This document shows, in pieces, positions 18,081 through 29,535 of a stretch of DNA of 59,891 bases. The stretch covers positions 1 through 59,891 of the forward strand of contig JANNHT010000181.1 of assembly GCA_031404555.1 (NCBI GenBank). Reading direction: 5' to 3'. The number at the start of each line of letters is the position of its first letter. The first letter of the stretch is position 1. The stretch comes from Gammaproteobacteria bacterium. GTDB lineage: Bacteria; Pseudomonadota; Gammaproteobacteria; Steroidobacterales; Steroidobacteraceae. Both the position numbers and the translations under genes were made by a program. The notes beneath the pieces were generated by a model, which had not been told where the DNA came from, searched no databases, and saw only the letters and a list, made by a program, of their open reading frames with translations.

Positions 18081-19105
18081 GCGTCCGCCCCGCCGCTGCC
18101 GAACCGGAGCGCGCCCTCGGCGACGCGCTCACTGCCGCGCAGCACCTCGAAGCGCACCGAATCGCGCTCGCGGCGGAGCCTGATCGACGCGCGATCGCCA
18201 GGCAGGAGTGGCGCCAGGAATTTCACCCAGGGAATTCCGTTCACGCGCTGCGGGGCGCCCGCCTGACGCTCCGCCTCCGCGATCACCCGTTCCAGGAGAA
18301 CCACGCCCGGCAGGATCGGCCGTCCGGGGAAGTGGCCGGCGAACGCGGGATGATCGGCCGGCACCACGAAACTTCCGTCCGTCGCCGCGGGTCCGGCGGC
18401 CGGCCGCGCGCCGAAGCTGGCCGCGAGCGCGGGCCCGGCGGCGGCGGCACGGCGCAGGAATTCGGCAAAGTTGCGGTACGGCCGGTGGGGAAACCGGCGG
18501 CGGCGATACACGTACTCGAGCACGAAGAACGCGGCGACGATCCCGTAGTTCAGCACGTTCGCGAACAGCGACCAGGTTTCGTGCCTCACGGTGAACGGCG
18601 CGGAGAGCCCCGCCGATTCCAGCAGCCCACCCGGCGTCGCGCAGGCGGCGAGCACCAGGCTCGACGCCGCGAGCAGCAGGAAGAGGACGGTCCAGGCCTG
18701 CGTCAGGCGCCGTGTGTACGGAATCACGCCCGGCTCGGGCGCCACACCCGGCGGCTGGAGCAGCAGCACCAGGCGCTCGATCAGCGGGATGCTTCCACGC
18801 GCGAGCGTGTGGCCGAAGAGCCAGGCCAGGAACAAGTTCAGCAGCACGGGCGGCAGCAGCAGCACGAGCCCCGCGGCATCGATGCGCGCGAGCCCGATGA
18901 TCACGAGTGCGGCGAGCGGGACCGCGGCCCAGGCCCAGCGCTTTCCGTCGGCCGCTGGCGGGAACAGCACCGCCGCCGCGAGGATCGCGACGCTCGCAAT
19001 CGTTAGCGGCGCGCTGTGGAGCAGGCTCGCGGCGTGGGCAAGAACCGGATACGCCAGCGTCAGGGCCACGGCAAGGATGCGCCGGACCTTCAGCGGCGTG
19101 GGCAT
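18077..19105 (-). CDS. fusion of polytopic membrane domain and FabA/FabZ-like hotdog dehydratase
   Basis: 342 aa. Residues ~1-210 form several TM helices. The C-terminal ~110 aa carry ADHPAFAGHFPGRPILPGVVLLE, the FabZ/FabA catalytic His motif. A GGGAG Shine-Dalgarno lies 4 nt before the ATG. Confidence 0.7.
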   Translation of the reverse strand: MPTPLKVRRILAVALTLAYPVLAHAASLLHSAPLTIASVAILAAAVLFPPAADGKRWAWAAVPLAALVIIGLARIDAAGLVLLLPPVLLNLFLAWLFGHTLARGSIPLIERLVLLLQPPGVAPEPGVIPYTRRLTQAWTVLFLLLAASSLVLAACATPGGLLESAGLSAPFTVRHETWSLFANVLNYGIVAAFFVLEYVYRRRRFPHRPYRNFAEFLRRAAAAGPALAASFGARPAAGPAATDGSFVVPADHPAFAGHFPGRPILPGVVLLERVIAEAERQAGAPQRVNGIPWVKFLAPLLPGDRASIRLRRERDSVRFEVLRGSERVAEGALRFGSGGADA

Positions 19106-19114
19106 GGCTCCCGG

Positions 19115-21562
<2,448 letters not shown>

Positions 21563-21734
21563 TTACCAAAGAAACCGTGTTTTTACTTTGTTTTTCAGAT
21601 GCTTGCTGCGGGCGACACGGTCCGGTTTGCGGTGTTCGGCGCCGGGTCCGTTAACCGCCGGTCTGGCTTTCGGATCTTCGCTGAAAATCGGCGATCATGC
21701 GGCGATTGTGCGGCTATCTGGCGTGTCGTTTAAA

Positions 21735-22799
21735 TCAGGCGGGCCGCACGCCGCCCTGTTCCACGTGGAACATTCGCGCGCCGGCGGGCAGCCCGGGGAT
21801 GTCCGGCCGCAGTGACGTGACCCAGAGCTGCGCTGGCAGCGTCTGGACGATCGCCATCAGTTTCGCGAGGTTTGGTCCATCCAGTTCTGCCGCGGGGTCG
21901 TCCAGCAGCAGCGCGGATCGCCCGGGTCGCCGCCGTTCCTGGATCTCAAGCTGGGCCAGCATCAGCGCGGCCGCGACCAACTTCTGCTGCCCCCGCGATA
22001 CCTGGTCCTTGGCGGCGCGGCCGTCCACCTGCACCACGACGTCTCCGCGATGCGGCCCCTGCTGCGTGGCGCGATAACGGCGATCTCGCGGCCGGCCGGC
22101 CCGAAGCGCCTCGAGCAGTGGCTGCTCCAGATCCCAGCCCGGGTGGTGCGCAAGCGTGATCGGTCGCCCGAGCAGCGCCGCCCCGATCGTGGCGAGTGGC
22201 CCGGCGAGCTCTGCGAGATACGCTCCGCGCTGCCGGACCAGGATTTCTCCGCTGGGGGCGAGCTCCTGTTCCCAGGCGGCCAGGTCGTCGTCGCCGCGAT
22301 CCTGCTTCAGGGCTGCGTTTCTCTGCCGCAGCGCCTGGTGGTACCGCCGCCAGTTCTCGAGGAAGGCGTGTTCCACGTGGAACACGCCCCAGTCGAGATA
22401 GCGCCGCCGGCGGCCGGGGCCCTCTTCCAGCAGCTTGTGGACTTCGGGGTCGATGACCTGGGCGGGAAACTCTTCGGCGAGATCAGCGATGCCGTCGACC
22501 GCCTCCCCGCGCAGTCGCCATTCCGTTTCCTGGCGGCTGGCGCGGACGCCGAGCGGAACCGGGCTCGCGCCGGCGTGGCTTCGGCCAGCGATCAGGAAAT
22601 CCGGTTCGCCGTGACGGATCAGCGTGTCGCGGCGGCGGCTCCGAAAGGAGCGCCCGCGGCTCAGGAAAAACGCGGCTTCCAGCAGGCTGGTCTTGCCGGA
22701 GGCGTTGGGTCCGACGAACAGGTTGGCGTGGGGATCGAGTTCGAACTCGACCTCGGCGAGACATCGGAATCGTTCGGCGCGAAACCAGCCCAGGGGCAT
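21735..22799 (-). CDS. recF: DNA replication/repair protein RecF
   Basis: 354 aa with Walker A GPNASGKTSLLEA, signature-like SRGQQKL and LLLDDP. Confidence 0.95.
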   Translation of the reverse strand: MPLGWFRAERFRCLAEVEFELDPHANLFVGPNASGKTSLLEAAFFLSRGRSFRSRRRDTLIRHGEPDFLIAGRSHAGASPVPLGVRASRQETEWRLRGEAVDGIADLAEEFPAQVIDPEVHKLLEEGPGRRRRYLDWGVFHVEHAFLENWRRYHQALRQRNAALKQDRGDDDLAAWEQELAPSGEILVRQRGAYLAELAGPLATIGAALLGRPITLAHHPGWDLEQPLLEALRAGRPRDRRYRATQQGPHRGDVVVQVDGRAAKDQVSRGQQKLVAAALMLAQLEIQERRRPGRSALLLDDPAAELDGPNLAKLMAIVQTLPAQLWVTSLRPDIPGLPAGARMFHVEQGGVRPA

Positions 22800-22806
22800 G
22801 AAGCCC

Positions 22807-23901
22807 CTACAGCCTCATCGGCATCACGACGTATCGCGCGCTCGTGGCGCCCGGTGCGCGCACCAGGCAGCTCGAATTCCCGTCGGTCACGCCGATCTCG
22901 ACCTCGCTGCCATCGACCGCCGCGAGCGCATCCAGGAGATAGCTGACGTTGAACCCGACCTCCAGCTCGTCGCCCTTGTAGTTGACCTCGACTTGTTCCT
23001 CCGCCTCCTCCTGCTCCGGGTTGTGCGCCTGGAGCGTCAGCGAATTCTTTTTCAGGGCCAGCCGGATCCCGCGATATTTCTCGTTGGCCAGGATCGACGT
23101 CCGCTGCAGCGCTGCGCGCAAGACTTCCCGATCCGCGACGACGGCCTTCTGCGGCGCGCTCGGGATGACCCGCGCGTATTCGGGGAACCGGCCGTCGATC
23201 AGCTTGGATGTGAAGCGAACGTCGCCAATCTGGGCGCGAACGTGGTTCGATCCGATCGTAATGGCCACATCACCCGCCGTGCCCAGGAGGCGCTGCAATT
23301 CCAGAACGCCCTTGCGTGGAACGATGACCTGCTGGTGCCCGCCCTTGCTCGGCAGGTCCATCTCACACAATGCCAGACGATGGCCGTCAGTCGCGACCGT
23401 TCGCAGCATTTTCCCGTCCGTTTCCAGCAACATGCCGTTCAAATAGTAGCGGACGTCCTGCTGGGCCATGGAAAAGTGGGTCTTGTCGAGCAAGCGCTTG
23501 AGGTCCGCTTGCGCGAGCTTCAGCGACTGCTGCTCGGCGAGCTCGTCGATGACCGGAAAATCCGCGGCTGGCAGCGTCGCCAGCACGAAGCGGCTCCGGC
23601 CGCCCTTGATCGTCACCTTGTCGCCATCCTGGTTGATCGTGAGCGTCGTGCCTTCCGGCAACGAGCGGCAGATATCGAGGAGTTTGCGGCCGGGTACCGT
23701 CAGGCGGCCGTCAGCCGAGGATTTGATCTCCGCCTGGGCGACCAGCTCGACCTCAAGGTCCGTCGCGGTGATCGCGAGCTTGCCCTGCTCTGCGGACAGC
23801 AGGAGGTTCGCGAGAATCGGCATGGTCTGGCGCCGCTCGACGACACCGATGACGGATTGCAGGGCGGCGAGCAGGCTTTCGCGTTCGGCGCTGAATTTCA
23901 T
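22807..23901 (-). CDS. dnaN: DNA polymerase III beta sliding clamp
   Basis: Internal ATG at 23901 gives a 364-aa protein (MKFSAERESLL...VVMPMRL) colinear with DnaN. The 20 codons upstream in the track ORF lie in the AT-rich spacer. Confidence 0.95.
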   Translation of the reverse strand: MKFSAERESLLAALQSVIGVVERRQTMPILANLLLSAEQGKLAITATDLEVELVAQAEIKSSADGRLTVPGRKLLDICRSLPEGTTLTINQDGDKVTIKGGRSRFVLATLPAADFPVIDELAEQQSLKLAQADLKRLLDKTHFSMAQQDVRYYLNGMLLETDGKMLRTVATDGHRLALCEMDLPSKGGHQQVIVPRKGVLELQRLLGTAGDVAITIGSNHVRAQIGDVRFTSKLIDGRFPEYARVIPSAPQKAVVADREVLRAALQRTSILANEKYRGIRLALKKNSLTLQAHNPEQEEAEEQVEVNYKGDELEVGFNVSYLLDALAAVDGSEVEIGVTDGNSSCLVRAPGATSARYVVMPMRL

Positions 23902-24108
23902 CTGTGCACCTGATTCGGTAACAGTATTTCTTATAACTGTAGTAGCAGTAGAGGGCGGCATTTTCAGTGGATAAGGTGAGAAAAGCGACCGGGCTCAGGG
24001 GCTTCAGGGAAGCATAAGCCTGCGCGCCGGACGAAGTGTACCTCTGGCCACCCTGTGGAACCGCTGTGGAGCAAAAACCGCGCCGCAGGAACCCACACAT
24101 TATCCACA
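23902..24108. other. candidate chromosomal replication origin (oriC) in the dnaN-dnaA spacer
   Basis: A 207-bp non-coding spacer. It holds a perfect DnaA box TTATCCACA (24100-24108), an 8/9 box (23966-23974, reverse), and two TGTGGA-type partial boxes (24054-24062, 24065-24073). The most AT-rich stretch of the region lies at about 23915-23955 (gtaacagtatttcttataactgtagtagcagtag). Confidence 0.5.
24100..24108 (+). promoter_or_regulatory. DnaA box (perfect TTATCCACA)
   Basis: Exact 9-mer consensus directly abutting the dnaA stop codon. Confidence 0.7.
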
Positions 24109-25443
24109 TCAGCCGGTCAGGATTCTCAACAGGTTGAGGTAATCCTCGGTGGCGCGGCGATCGGTCTCGCGCAAGCCTTTCACGCGATCGCAGGCGTGCA
24201 TCACCGTGGTGTGATCGCGCCCGCCAAAGGCGTCGCCGATCTCGGGAAGGCTGTGGCGCGTGAGTTCGCGCGCCAGCGCCATCGCGACCTGGCGCGGCCG
24301 CGCAATCGAGCGGCTGCGGCGCTTCGAGAGCAGGTCCGCGAGGCGGATCTTGTAGTACTCGGCGACCGTCTTCTGGATGTTCTCGATCGTGACCAGGCGC
24401 TCCTGCGCGGCGAGAAGGTCCCTGAGCGCCTCGCGGGCGAGCTCGGGCGTGACCGGGCGGCCGGTGAAGCGCGCGGTCGCGAGCACGCGCCGGAGCGCGC
24501 CCTCGAGTTCACGCACGTTTGAGCGGATGCGTTTGGCGATGAAAAAGGCCACTTCTTCGGGCAAATCGCCACCCGCAGCCTGGGATTTCGCCATCAGGAT
24601 CGCGACGCAGGTTTCGAGTTCCGGCGGTTCAATCGCGACCGTGAGGCCCCAGCCGAAGCGCGATTTCAGCCGCTCTTCAAGGCCGGCGACCTCCTTGGGA
24701 TAGCGGTCGCAGGACAGGATGATCTGCTGCTGGCCCTCGAACAGCGCGTTGAACGTGTGGAAAAACTCTTCCTGCGAGCGGTCCTTGCCGGCGAAGAACT
24801 GGATGTCGTCGATCAGGAGCGCGTCGAGCGTGCGGTAGGTCTGCTTGAATTCCCCGATGGTGTTGTGCTGGAGCGCGCGCACCATCTCGCTGACGAAACG
24901 CTCGCTGTGCACGTAGGCGATGCGCGCCGCGGGGCGGCGCTCGCGGATCAGGTTGCCGACTGCCTGCATCAGGTGTGTCTTGCCGAGCCCGACCCCGCCG
25001 TAGATGAAGAGCGGGTTATAGGCCTTGCCCGGGTTTTCGCCGACCTGGATCGCAGCCGCGCGGGCGAGCTGGTTGCTCTTGCCCTCGACAAAGGTGGCGA
25101 AGGTGAAGTCCGGATTGAAGCGGCCGCCGATGAGCCCCGCCGCGCGCGGCTTGCCGGGGGCGGCGGCGGGGGCGGGCTCTGCGGCGGGCGCCGCGTCCGG
25201 GCGCGAGCCGACCACGAGCGTGACGCGGGGCTTGTCGGCACCGGTCCCGACCAGCGCCTCGATGCGGCCGAGGAGATGTTCCTCGATCCAGGTGACGACG
25301 AAACGGTTGGGCGCGAGGAGCTGCAGCCGGCCGTCCTGTTCGACGGCCTGGAGCGGGCGCACCCAGGTGTTGAACTGCTGCTCCGGCACCTCGGATTCGA
25401 GTTGGCGCAGACAGTGATGCCAAAGCGTGCCCTGCACGAGCAA
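24109..25443 (-). CDS. dnaA: chromosomal replication initiator DnaA
   Basis: 444 aa with AAA+ Walker [14 protein letters not shown], and the C-terminal DNA-binding domain [16 protein letters not shown]...[11 protein letters not shown]. Starts with TTG. Confidence 0.97.
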   Translation of the reverse strand: MLVQGTLWHHCLRQLESEVPEQQFNTWVRPLQAVEQDGRLQLLAPNRFVVTWIEEHLLGRIEALVGTGADKPRVTLVVGSRPDAAPAAEPAPAAAPGKPRAAGLIGGRFNPDFTFATFVEGKSNQLARAAAIQVGENPGKAYNPLFIYGGVGLGKTHLMQAVGNLIRERRPAARIAYVHSERFVSEMVRALQHNTIGEFKQTYRTLDALLIDDIQFFAGKDRSQEEFFHTFNALFEGQQQIILSCDRYPKEVAGLEERLKSRFGWGLTVAIEPPELETCVAILMAKSQAAGGDLPEEVAFFIAKRIRSNVRELEGALRRVLATARFTGRPVTPELAREALRDLLAAQERLVTIENIQKTVAEYYKIRLADLLSKRRSRSIARPRQVAMALARELTRHSLPEIGDAFGGRDHTTVMHACDRVKGLRETDRRATEDYLNLLRILTG

Positions 25444-25512
25444 GTCCCCGTTTGTTATTCGTCGACGAAAAAGGCAGTCGAGTCTAAGGCCGCGGAATCG
25501 GCCGCGCCAGAG

Positions 25513-25521
25513 TTATCCACA
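25513..25521 (+). promoter_or_regulatory. DnaA box (perfect TTATCCACA) in the dnaA-rpmH divergent promoter region
   Basis: Exact consensus 9-mer, 70 nt upstream of the dnaA start and 11 nt upstream of a TTGACA hexamer. Confidence 0.65.
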
Positions 25522-25532
25522 GCCTCGCGCGG

Positions 25533-25561
25533 TTGACAGCGCGGCTCTCGCTCCGTAACCT
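25533..25561 (+). promoter_or_regulatory. candidate sigma70 promoter of rpmH
   Basis: TTGACA (25533-25538), a 17-nt spacer, then TAACCT (25556-25561), about 50 nt upstream of the rpmH ATG. Confidence 0.4.
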
Positions 25562-25612
25562 TGCCGGCCCGTCAGAACTCTATAGACCCTTAATTTTCAA
25601 AGGTTTGGGACC

Positions 25613-25765
25613 ATGGCCACGAAGCGCACCTATCAGCCGAGCAAGATCAAGCGCAGGCGCACGCACGGGTTTCGCGCGCGCATGGCCACGAAGAAAGGGC
25701 GCCAGGTCCTGAAGCGCCGCCGGGCGAAGGGTCGCAAGCGCCTCGCCGTCACCGCCAAGCGCTGA
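25613..25765 (+). CDS. rpmH: 50S ribosomal protein L34
   Basis: Not in the ORF track because it is under 60 aa. My translation is [50 protein letters not shown], the canonical L34 sequence, in the canonical position upstream of rnpA. Confidence 0.95.
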   Translation: MATKRTYQPSKIKRRRTHGFRARMATKKGRQVLKRRRAKGRKRLAVTAKR

Positions 25766-25871
25766 CGAGTGATTTACGACGGCGCGTTACGGACTGCGGG
25801 CCGGGCAGAAACTCCAGACCGCCGCCGAATTTGAACGCGCGCGCAAGGGGCGCGAACGCCATGGGGATGCC

Positions 25872-26129
25872 TTGTTCCAGGTGCAATGCACCGACAACGA
25901 CGCGGGCCAGGCCCGGCTCGGGATGGCCGTCGGCACGCGCGCGATCGGTAATGCGGTGCGTCGCAATCGCCTGCGCCGTCTGATCCGGGAATCCTTCCGC
26001 ATGCACCGACAGGAAATGCCCCCAGTGGACGTGTTCGTGACGGCGCGCGCTGCAGCGCGCGCGGCGCCGAACGCCGAGGTCTTCGCGAGTCTGCGGGGGC
26101 TCTGGCTTCAAATTCGGGCGAAACAGTGA
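25872..26129 (+). CDS. rnpA: ribonuclease P protein component
   Basis: Carries RLGMAVGTRAIGNAVRRNRLRRLIRESFR, the RnpA RNR motif. Coordinates use the first canonical start (TTG 25872). RnpA-like sequence (YGLRAGQKLQTAAEFERA) continues in frame upstream to at least 25788 with no ATG/GTG/TTG (see findings). Confidence 0.85.
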   Translation: MFQVQCTDNDAGQARLGMAVGTRAIGNAVRRNRLRRLIRESFRMHRQEMPPVDVFVTARAAARAAPNAEVFASLRGLWLQIRAKQ

Positions 26130-26148
26130 AGAGCGGCTGTCACGCCCC

Positions 26149-26373
26149 ATGAAGAAACTGCTGCAAATTCCCATCCATTTGTATCGCCTCCTGCTGAGCC
26201 CGTTTCTCGGCGGGCAGTGCCGCTATCACCCGACCTGTTCCGCGTTCGCGCTCGAGGCGATCGAGCGGCACGGCGCGGCGCGGGGCGGCTGGCTCGCGGT
26301 GAGGCGCATCTGCCGCTGTCATCCCTGGGGCGGCGCCGGCATCGACCCGGTGCCGGAGGCGCGCGGCGCATGA
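26149..26373 (+). CDS. yidD: membrane protein insertion efficiency factor YidD
   Basis: 74 aa with LLLSPFLGGQCRYHPTCSAFALEAIERHG, the YidD signature. Confidence 0.92.
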   Translation: MKKLLQIPIHLYRLLLSPFLGGQCRYHPTCSAFALEAIERHGAARGGWLAVRRICRCHPWGGAGIDPVPEARGA

Positions 26374-28124
26374 TGAATCCGCGCGCGCTGCTCTGGCTCG
26401 GCCTCGCGCTCCTGCTGTGGCTGAACGTCAATGCCTGGATCAAGGACTACTCGAAGCCAGTCGCTGCTGCGACGCCCGCGACCACCGGCGCGCCGGTGCC
26501 TGGCGCCACGGATGCGCCTGCGACGAACGCGGCGCCGACGACCGCGGCCGGCAACCTCTCGAACGAATTGCCCGATGTGACCGCGGCGACGGCAGCGGCC
26601 CCCGCTGCGGCGGCGACCGATGTGCCAGCGGAAGCGGGCGCCGCCACCGCGACGGGCGGGGCCGCGACTGGCGGGACGCGCATCGTCCACATCCGCACCG
26701 ACGTGCTCGATCTCGATCTCAGCCTCGCGGGCGGCGAACTGATTCGCGCGGACCTGCCGGCGTATCCGCGGCACAAGGACGATCCGTCGACGCCCGTGCG
26801 CCTCTTCAACACGGACTCAAAGGACACGCAGTTCCTGTTCCAGTCGGGCCTCACGACCGGCGAAGCGGGGCGGAGCGAGCCGAACCACAAGGCGCTCTTC
26901 ACCACGACCGCGACGGAATTCCGGATCGCGGAGGGCGCCGACACGCTCGAAGTGCCGCTGGTCTGGAGCGACGGCGCGGGGCTCACGGTCACGAAGACTT
27001 TCGCCTTCCGCCGCGGCGGCTACGCGGTGGAGCTGCGCTATCACGTGACGAACGCGGGTGCGGCGCCGGTGCAGCTCGCGTCCTATGCGCAGTTCCTGCG
27101 GCATTCGCAGGGCACCGAGCGCTCGATGTGGGATCCGGAGACGTACTCGTTCCGCGGCCCCGCGTACTACGACGGCGAGAGCTACCAGAAGCTCGACATC
27201 GAGGACGAGGAAGACCGCGCGCTGTCGCGCACGATCACGAACGGCTGGGTCGCCGGCATGCAGCATCACTTCGTCGCGGCGATCGTGCCGACGGCGGGGC
27301 GGCCGTACCAGTACGAGGTGCGGGTCGAGGAGCTCGACTACCTGTTGCGGGTCGTCGGTCCGGCCGAGGCGGTGCCGCCGGGCGGGGCGCTTGATGTAAC
27401 GGAAACGCTGTTCGTCGGCCCGAAACTCCAGGAGCAGCTGAAGGCCGCGGGCCCGAAGCTCGAGCTGACCGCCGACTACGGCATGCTGACGATCCTCTCG
27501 CAGCCGCTCTTCTGGCTGCTGTCAAAAATCTACGACTTCGTCGGCAACTGGGGCGTCACGATCATCATCGTGACCTTCCTGATCAAGCTTGTCTTCTACA
27601 AGCTGTCGGAGACAAGTGGCCGCTCGATGGCGAAGATGAAGACGGTTGCGCCGCGGCTCAAGGCGGTGCAGGAGCGCCACAAGGACGATCGCGAGGCACA
27701 GGCGCGCGCGATGATGGAGCTCTACAAGCGCGAGAAGATCAATCCGGTCGCGGGCTGCCTGCCCATGCTGGTGCAGATCCCGTTCTTCCTGGCGTTCTAC
27801 TGGGTACTGCTTGAGAGCGTCGAGATGCGGCAGGCGCCGTTCTTCGGCTGGATCCAGGACCTGTCGTCGCGCGACCCGTATTTCATCCTGCCGATCCTGA
27901 TGGGCGTGGCGATGTTCGCGCAGTTCAAGCTGAACCCGACGCCGCCGGACCCGATCCAGGCGAAGATCTTCGGCTTCATGCCGGTGATCATGACCGCGAT
28001 GTTCATGTGGTTCCCGTCCGGCCTCGTGCTGTACTGGCTGACGAACACCGCGCTCTCGATCGCCCAGCAGTGGAAGATCAATCGCGTGGTCGAGGCCGAA
28101 GCGAAGAAGCTCCGCACCAGTTGA
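26370..28124 (+). CDS. yidC: membrane protein insertase YidC
   Basis: ATG at 26370 overlaps the yidD stop (ATGA). 584 aa: N-terminal TM, periplasmic domain ([19 protein letters not shown]), and a C-terminal 60-kDa insertase core ([42 protein letters not shown]). Confidence 0.95.
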   Translation: MMNPRALLWLGLALLLWLNVNAWIKDYSKPVAAATPATTGAPVPGATDAPATNAAPTTAAGNLSNELPDVTAATAAAPAAAATDVPAEAGAATATGGAATGGTRIVHIRTDVLDLDLSLAGGELIRADLPAYPRHKDDPSTPVRLFNTDSKDTQFLFQSGLTTGEAGRSEPNHKALFTTTATEFRIAEGADTLEVPLVWSDGAGLTVTKTFAFRRGGYAVELRYHVTNAGAAPVQLASYAQFLRHSQGTERSMWDPETYSFRGPAYYDGESYQKLDIEDEEDRALSRTITNGWVAGMQHHFVAAIVPTAGRPYQYEVRVEELDYLLRVVGPAEAVPPGGALDVTETLFVGPKLQEQLKAAGPKLELTADYGMLTILSQPLFWLLSKIYDFVGNWGVTIIIVTFLIKLVFYKLSETSGRSMAKMKTVAPRLKAVQERHKDDREAQARAMMELYKREKINPVAGCLPMLVQIPFFLAFYWVLLESVEMRQAPFFGWIQDLSSRDPYFILPILMGVAMFAQFKLNPTPPDPIQAKIFGFMPVIMTAMFMWFPSGLVLYWLTNTALSIAQQWKINRVVEAEAKKLRTS

Positions 28125-28125
28125 G

Positions 28126-29471
28126 ATGAACGCGCCACCCGACACCATCGTCGCCGCGGCCACGCCGCCCGGCCGCGGCGGCATCGGCATCGTGCGCGTC
28201 TCTGGGCCCGCGACCCGCGCGATCGCCGCCGCCATGCTGGGGGGGCTGCCCGCCCCACGCCACGCGACGCTCGCCGATTTCCGTGACGACGCCGGCGCCG
28301 CGATCGATGCCGGCATCGCGCTCTTCTATCCCGCGCCCGATTCCTTCACCGGCGAAGACGTACTGGAACTGCAGGGCCACGGCGGCCCGGTCGTCATGGA
28401 CCTGTTGATCGCGCGCGTGGTCGGGCTCGGCGCGCGCATCGCGCGGCCCGGCGAGTTCACCGCGCGCGCGTTCCACACCGACAAGCTGGACCTCGCGCAG
28501 GCCGAGGCGATCGCCGACCTGATCGACGCGGGATCCGCCGCGGCAGCGCGCGCCGCGGTTCGCTCCCTTGCAGGGGATTTCTCGCGCGAGATCGAGGACC
28601 TCGCGGCGCTCGTCGTGCAACTTCGCGTGTTCGTCGAGGCCGCGATCGATTTTCCGGACGAGGACGTCGAACTGCTCGCGAGCGCCGAGGTGCGGGACCG
28701 GCTCGCGGACATCGCGGCGCGCTTCGAACGGATCGGCCGCGCGGCGGCTTCCGGCCGCGCGCTCAGGGACGGGCTGCACGTGGTGATCGCGGGCCGGCCG
28801 AACGCCGGCAAGTCGAGCCTGTTGAATGCGCTCGCGGGCCACGAGGCGGCGATCGTGACGGATATCCCCGGCACGACGCGCGATCTCCTGCGCGAGCGGA
28901 TTGATGTGGACGGAATGCCGATCCACGTGGTGGACACCGCGGGGATCCGCGACACATCCGAGCCGATCGAGGTCGAGGGCGTGCGTCGCGCGGTCGCGGA
29001 AGCCGCGCGCGCGCGGATCTGGTGCTCTACGTCGTCGATGCGACCCGCGGACTCGACGCGTCGGAGCGGGCGGCGATGCCGTCGGAGAGGGCGGCGATCA
29101 TCCTCTGGAACAAGATCGACCTGCCGGGCGCGGCGTGCGCGCCCGCGACGGCGGACGGAACACCCGCGCTCGCGATCTCCGCGCTGACGGGCGAAGGGTT
29201 TGCTGCACTTCGCGAGGAACTGAAATCGGCTGCCGGCTTTCGCGGCGAGGAGTCCGGGCTCTTCAGCGCGCGGCGGCGACACCTCGAGGCGCTCGCGCGG
29301 GCGCGGAGCCTGTTCGAGGTCGCCGAAGCGCGGCTCGGCGAGCGCGCCTCGTTCGAACTCGTCGCGGAGGAGCTCCGCCAGGCGCAGCGCGCGCTCGGCG
29401 AGATCACCGGCGAAATGACGAGCGATGCGCTGCTCGGGGTCATTTTCAGCGATTTCTGCATCGGCAAGTAG
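28126..29471 (+). pseudogene. mnmE: tRNA modification GTPase MnmE (TrmE), reading frame broken
   Basis: ORF 28126-29187 covers the N-terminal domain through the G domain ([20 protein letters not shown]). ORF 29022-29471 in another frame carries the remainder (DLVLYVVDA...NKIDL...FCIGK). The frames switch inside (CG)6 at 29004-29015. Confidence 0.9.
29004..29015. repeat. (CG)6 dinucleotide run at the mnmE frame break
   Basis: cgcgcgcgcgcg read directly. Removing one CG unit restores [19 protein letters not shown], which aligns without gaps to the E. coli MnmE segment RRAWQEIEQADRVLFMVDG. Confidence 0.9.
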
Positions 29472-29535
29472 GCGTTGTCCGACATTGTTCCCGCGGTCCG
29501 CGCGTTAGCGTGGGTCCGGGGACGGAGGACACGCG

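Noticed and set aside
25444-25612. dnaA-rpmH spacer as the replication origin
   Set aside because: It is only ~170 bp with a single perfect DnaA box, has no marked AT-rich unwinding element, and is largely occupied by promoter-like signals. It is more likely a dnaA autoregulation and rpmH promoter region. It cannot be fully excluded without skew data.
26454-26673. Ala/Thr/Pro/Gly-rich low-complexity stretch that looks repeat-like in DNA
   Set aside because: It lies inside yidC at the position of the naturally variable linker after TM1, where E. coli YidC also has a Gln/Thr-rich linker. It has no exact tandem units.
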